DNA of 38,834 nt, taken from positions 1 to 38,834 of the forward strand of contig JYFJ02003680.1 of the NCBI GenBank assembly GCA_000934665.2, written 5' to 3'. The notes under the pieces were generated by a model. It searched no databases. It saw only the letters and a program-made list of their open reading frames with translations, and was not told the DNA's origin. Source of the DNA: Catajapyx aquilonaris. Lineage: Eukaryota. Positions within the stretch are counted from its first letter, which is position 1; each line of letters starts with the position of its first letter. A program made the position numbers and the translations under genes. Shown in pieces: positions 33,017 to 38,834 of the stretch.

Positions 33017-33922
33017 GTGAAAAAGAAATAAATAATTTACTCAATATTGTTTGAGTACGATAAAAAAGCCCAATAGGATATCACTAAATAAATGAAGATG
33101 TATCACATTACCATGGATACTGTGGCATCATATTAAGCATTCACCATCTCTGTCCATCCCCTGATGATGTCACGTGAGAGCGACAGTATTTTTTTTAAAG
33201 GCCCAGGTGGTAGTGGCATAAGCCCTCACCTCCCCAACACAATGCAATGCAATGCAATGTTGGGGATGCCTTGGGGCTTGGGAATGCCCAGGGACCACTT
33301 TGTAAGTGCATTGTGTCCGGTCTGATTTTTCATAACCTCCTCCGGCAATGCAATGCAAAGGTGTGGAGTGTGGCCGGGGGCGGACTGGGGGCCAGTTTGG
33401 ATATGCATTGTAGTCAGGAAGGATTTTCATAGCCGGCCACAATATATTCACATTGCTTGCCTGAACACCTCAAAAACATTACTTCTGATGTGACGCAATG
33501 CCTTTTCAAAAGTAGTGGGCACCCATACATCGTCCTTCAATCACAACCGTCACTGTTCCTCATTGATTTAGGATGATTGCCACCCAACCTGTCAGAGAAA
33601 CCCTCATCTACGATAACAAGGGACCTCTGTGATAACAAGGGACCTCTACAATTGAGCAAATCTCATCCCCTCATCGGACACTGGGAAACACCCATGCTTG
33701 CACAAAACAGCGACATATTTGAGTCACTCCTCTCACAACGGGCATAGATGACTAGTTCTACAGTAGTAGAATAAAACAGGGCTGAACATGGTGGCTATGT
33801 GTATACCCTGGGGAGCCAGCTGGCCAGTATAAAGTGGGATAATTTTTGTGATATCCTTTCTTCAAACGTACCCCTAATAAATCACTATGTAACATGCAGC
33901 CAGAATAGATTTAATGCCTCAC

Positions 33923-34099
33923 CCATTGGATTCTGCATCCACTTCCACAACAGGATTCATAGCTGTCCTGCTTGAGCAGCTTGAAGAAGGGGGCGGCTCA
34001 CTAAGCTTGAGAGAGGATGACGAATATCTGCATACATTATGTATATGAGTCGGTTCTAAGTTCAGGGTGGTAGATGATGCTATGCCTTCTGAACGGATT
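33923..34099 (-). CDS. Repeat exon A5 (177 nt, phase 2-2)
   Basis: TTTTTCAG acceptor and GG|GTGAGG donor; IRSEGIASSTTLNLEPTHIHNVCRYSSSSLKLSEPPPSSSCSSRTAMNPVVEVDAESNG; 12 nt longer than A1/A2, in frame. Confidence 0.8.
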
Positions 34100-34360
34100 C
34101 TGAAAAAGAAAAAAATACATTACTCATTATTGTATGAGAATTGTTTAACAAGCCTAATGGGCGATCACAAAATAACTTAAATGACAATGTATCATATTAC
34201 TGTGTAGCATTCTAGTATGAAACGGGACTGACCCAGGCGCCCTGGGAGTGCGAGCAGGCCAGTATAAAGTGGGAAAATTTTCCTGCCATACTTCCCTTCA
34301 AAAGTAGCACTGATAAATTACTAAGTAACATGCTGACAGAATAGGTTTATTGCCTCTCAC

Positions 34361-34471
34361 CCATTGGAATCTTCAGTTACTTCCCCAACAGGATTCGAAA
34401 TTGTCACGCTTGAGCACCTTGAAGAAAGGTGCTGCTCACTAGGCCTTTGAGAGGATGATATATACTTGTAT
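34361..34471 (-). CDS. Repeat exon A6 (111 nt, phase 2-2); most 5' exon recognised
   Basis: TTTCCATTTCAG acceptor and GG|GTGAGA donor; YKYISSSQRPSEQHLSSRCSSVTISNPVGEVTEDSNG. Confidence 0.75.
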
Positions 34472-34503
34472 CTGAAATGGAAACAAATAAGTTAGTCATT
34501 ACA

Positions 34504-36700
34504 AGCGGTTAATTCCACGTGTGACTTACACGACATGACACTCAGTTTATGCCTAACTTTTAATTTTTTAGAGCACAAACTTAGCATTTAAGGAAAGGGT
34601 GTTTAAACACAAATGGGCAGTATGTATCTAACCGTTCATTAATGTTTTGATTTTAACAGTTGCACTTTTCACTTGAGTTATATAAATATATATAAAGGAA
34701 TTCATGACTTACACGACAAGAAAGCCACTAGTAGAGGCTTCAGTTATGAATGTAAAATTCTTCACATTTATGCCTTAAATGTTAGTGTCATTGGGGTGAG
34801 GATATTTTCAAAGACCCAAATTAAAATTATTATGTGAACTTGGTGTTATGTTATAAATTCTACACGAAATAAATTATTTCTTTTGTGACTTACACGACAC
34901 TTGAAACGTGACGTACACGATACTTTTGTCCTCATTGCCTTCTGATTAGATCAGATCCGTGAGAAGAATTTTGGATTTTAGCACATAAACAAAGTAATCT
35001 CTCTTATTACATGTTATTTTATTAAAATATTTAAATGATAGGCCTACATGAGAATGTGCAGGGCTACAATTCTTATAATTAACATTTAAACATGTATAAT
35101 GCATGTATAGTGTGTGCCTGAGCAGACAGCAGTGGATTCATTGTATTGTCATGTGAGATGGCCAGGTGTGATACCTGATGGTCATCGCTGGCCACCCTGT
35201 CATGGGATATAATGCCATGAAGGCGGAATGTGTATGTAGGCTACTACAATGTACATAGTCTGTGTGTGTAAATGGTCTATAAATTTGATATAACTTGCCC
35301 AACAAAGCATGTAGTGAGTTCTGTCCATTATATATTTGCAGTCCAGTTATCTGCTTATTTATATCTGTAAAACTAAATGCGGATTCACTACTATTTTTAG
35401 ATTCTGCAGGCATATTACAAGTCTGGGATGAATTAGCTGTATGAGTACCAGAAGTTTGTGGTACAATGTCTTGAATAATTCTAGTTCAAAATAAACAATA
35501 TCAAACTCAAAAATGGAAGCATTGGAAATAAGAAAATATTCTAGTTCATAATGTACAAGTGTACCCTACTGAAATAATGAAATTTTCTTAGTCAAGAAAA
35601 TCAACAACTTTTTTTCTAGTAGGAGTCCACATTTCATCAAGCATAGCTATTATTCTTTCAATATCCTTTGATCCAATGAATATAATATTAATATTTGGAT
35701 AAACTCTATGGTCAACTTCCGCAAATTCTCCAGCTGTGTTTGGATCAAACTGTCTGGCATTGATGGCTTCTCAAACTCTACATTTTATACCTTCAAAGCT
35801 TCTCTCTCACTAAAAGTCACAGATTTTTAAAAAAATTACACTTTTCTTTTTGCTTTTCCAATGCACTTTTCTAGGACAGCTCTTACTTCCCTTCTTGCTT
35901 TAACTACGACATTTGCTTTTTCTTCCATTCCACTACTGTAAGTGCCATTTTAAGAGCCAGGAAACAATAGTGGCAGCAAAGATTTCTGCTATATATAACT
36001 CTAGATACATAACTGCTAAGAAAAAGGGATGCCAGTTTGTGCTAGGGGATTGTGCCAGTCGCCCAAAGCAAAGATGGCGGCTTTGGGTGACTTAGATTGA
36101 TCTGCCGTGGTGGCCTGTACGTAGTTGGGCATCTTCAAGGGATGCCCCGCGCCCCCGGAAACGTCCCACTGCGGTCTGGCCCATCAGCACAGGAGCCGCC
36201 CCAACGGCCGCTTCTGCTGCCCCGCCCAAAGTAACGATAACGCCATCTTTACTTTGGGCGTGATTGGCATCACTTTGCTTGTATGGAAAGGGATAGCAAG
36301 TTATGCATCTAGAGTAATATATAGCAGATATCTTTGAGCGGCAGTGGCAGCCGAGCAGAAACGTGACTTTCACGACAAAAATTAAATGGCCACAACAATG
36401 TTCAGACAAATATTACCTCAAAATTATTTTTATTATTTGAAGAGTACTACTGTGAAGTGAGACGGTAATGAATATCAACTTATAGATTTTGGTACTCGAG
36501 CTAAAAAAATTTTAAATGTCAAAAAATTGTGACTTACACAACACACAAAGATGGTATTTAAACTTGCTAATTTTTATGCTGAATAAGTCGTTGCAATGGA
36601 AAGATAAATATATGGTACATTCATCCAGTTCTTATGTGATAGAAATCACAGTTTACTGTATGAAAAAGACTAGCGTACTTGTTGAATTATGAAGATTTTT
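34504..36700 (-). mobile_element. Decayed DNA transposon with repeated GTGACTTACACGAC motifs (Sola-like, tentative)
   Basis: Motif variants near 34521, 34705, 34885, 34908, 36363 and 36529. Minus-strand remnant GIKCRV*EAINARQFDPNTAGEFAEV...PNINIIFI at about 35670-35790. Right boundary uncertain. Confidence 0.5.
35977..36336. mobile_element. MITE with CAAAGA termini and 8-bp TSD (P-element-like)
   Basis: AGTGGCAG|CAAAGATTTCTGCTATATA...TATATAGCAGATATCTTTG|AGCGGCAG (TSD 7/8). Confidence 0.85.
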
Positions 36701-36868
36701 ATGGAACCTTAGAACAAAGAAAGGACCTCATGCATTAAGCATACTCAAAAGGATCCCAAAATTGATTTCTTCGTGCTTCGGATATGTTGTTGGGGGCCCC
36801 GTGTGCAAAAGGAGCGGCCTCGATTGGGAGCGGTTAGGCTTGTAGGCCGGTCACGTGACCTAGCCTTT

Positions 36869-37939
36869 GAAAAATCACCAAGCCCAAACGACTTGGATTT
36901 AAGAAATGATTTTTGGCATGGAGGTATATCTAGCCTAGTACTATCTAACGCTACGATAGAATTCCATCTAGCTCGTCTACTGATTGGCCGAAATAGACAA
37001 CGAGTGAAAAAGAAGTGGCCTTTTTACCAATTTAAAGCTGGCCGCCCAACATGACGTATACCTTATTTGACAGCTCCAAAGAAGTTTTACACCATATTAA
37101 AAAATCAGACAATTCTATCCATGGACCGCTATATTTTATTTAGTAACAACCAAACACCACCCTTAGAATTCACACAAATGTACTACTACCCACCTTTTAT
37201 ACTATTTTGAGGCATTCTTGGAGTTCATGGATCTAAAAATAACATGACGAAGGTCTTCGGTGAATATTATGCGATTCAGGAGTCCTGGCCTGTTAGGCTC
37301 CACCCACCTCCTCCCAACGTCAGCGGCAGAAGAAATCAGGTCTGGAATGCTCGTGAGTCTCGCGAGTAGGAGCCATTGGTGCGGTGCTCGGTCTCAACAA
37401 GGGATAGGTGGTACGTCGTATTTCCAGGCCTGGTTGTCCGTCCGTCCCCCCCCCNGTCCCCCCCAATGCGATCCACTGCTGCCAAGTGCTCTCCCCCATC
37501 CTCCTGGCAGGCGTGTGAGCCCATGGCGGACACGGACGTGGCAACCTCGCCTTCAGAGCGGCGGAGGACGGGGGAAGAGCCTAACAGGCCAGGACTCCTG
37601 AATCGCATAATATTCGCCGAAGACCTTCGTCATGTTATTTTTAGATTCATGAACTTCAAGAATGCCTCAAAATAGTATAAAAGGTAAGGGCGACAAGGTG
37701 GCCCAGTGGTTAGCGCTGCAGCCTTCCACCTCTAAGGTCCCAAGTTCGATCCCCGGGTTGGACGGAGGATACTTATGTGGATAGAGTTTCTATGGGTTCT
37801 CTCCGTGTTCGCGTGGGTTTTCTCGGGGTTCTCCCGTTTCCTCCCACTATCAAAATCCATCACATTACAGGCAAATGATTAAAGTCAGTTATTCAAAAGA
37901 TGATCCGCTAAGAGGCCCAAGGGCCTATCACGGGGTATC

Positions 37940-37995
<56 letters not shown>

Positions 37996-38335
37996 GTATT
38001 AGTATAAAAGGTGGGTAGTAGTACATTTGTGTGAATTATAAGGGTGGTGTTTGGTTGTTACTAAATAAAATATAGCGGTCCACGGATAGAATTGTCTGAT
38101 TTTTTTATAAGGTGTAAAACTTCTTTGGAGCTGTCAAATAAGGTATACGTCATGTGGGGCGGCTATCTTTAAATTGGTAAAAAGGCCACTTCTTTTTCAC
38201 TCGTTGTCTATTTCGGCCAATCAGAGACGAGTTAGATGGAATTCTATCGTAGCGCTAGATAGTACTAGGCGAGATATACCTCCATGCCAAAAATCATTTC
38301 TTAAGTCCAAGTCATTTGGGCGTGGTGATTTTTTC
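36869..38335. mobile_element. Fold-back element with about 430-bp arms; SINE in right arm
   Basis: 36869-37300 is the reverse complement of 37577-37685 plus 38013-38335. No TSD recognised. Confidence 0.85.
37686..37999 (+). mobile_element. tRNA-derived SINE with V-SINE-like central domain
   Basis: A-box TGGCCCAGTGG, B-box AGTTCGATCCC, central GTTCTCTCCGTGTTCGCGTGGGTTTTCTCGGGGTTCTCCCGTTTCCTCCCAC, (TTA)n tail, 13-bp TSD TAGTATAAAAGGT. Confidence 0.88.
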
Positions 38336-38834
38336 TATTCTTCCTCCCTGCCAGTTGCCCAGCGAAGCTGGGCAACCGCGCCAAAAACGAATTGTATGTA
38401 ATCGCTACGATCCCAATGCGATTTTCCCGACTTCATAACTCGCGATCGGGTTAATCGATTTCAAATCGGAAACAAGATTTACACTCCGCTCCCTCCAGTT
38501 TCAAACTTTAGATAGATAAACAACAACTAGGGCCTTTTCACATTTACCCTTTGACGCCTACAGCCATCATATGATGTCCCATTGGTTTTTGAAGTGGGAG
38601 CGCTGGAGTTTACGCAAAAATGGCACAGTTTGAGGCACAAACTGCTCCTACCACCTCATGGAAGGGGGCTCAACTACCATGGCATATGCTAATAGGTTTT
38701 TCCGCCTCCCAGCGGGAGCTAAACATACCCCCTCCCACATGAAAGTTCTTGACAACATGCAGCGTCTGGACTCGTAGGAATTTCTCAAAGTACAGTCAGG
38801 GAGCATATACTACATACTCGCTTCGCGAGGCGGG

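Overview
Repeat-rich eukaryotic genomic DNA, probably from a large-genome insect or other arthropod (inferred from the SINE and transposon families; not provable here). No prokaryotic system or CRISPR array is present. The only host gene I can support is the 3' part of an unidentified minus-strand gene, running from 34471 to a stop at 10174. Its exons all have phase-2 GT-AG boundaries and splice into one open Ser/Thr/Pro-rich frame of about 544 codons. Its main feature is a tandem array of six paralogous symmetric exons that were duplicated together with their intron. Five copies are intact. One is split by a Harbinger-type MITE and has lost its acceptor. The roughly 260-bp ancestral intron survives once; its copies have grown to 0.9-4.4 kb through nested insertions. 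The rest of the window is transposon sequence: a full-length decayed mariner inside a SINE, mariner, Tc1-like and Tigger remnants, decayed LINE ORF1 and ORF2, seven tRNA-derived SINE copies (one V-SINE-like), and many fold-back (near-palindromic) MITEs with TA, TTA, TTAA or 8-bp target-site duplications (TSDs). All calls were made by eye; superfamily assignments rest on terminal motifs, TSD length and short protein motifs.
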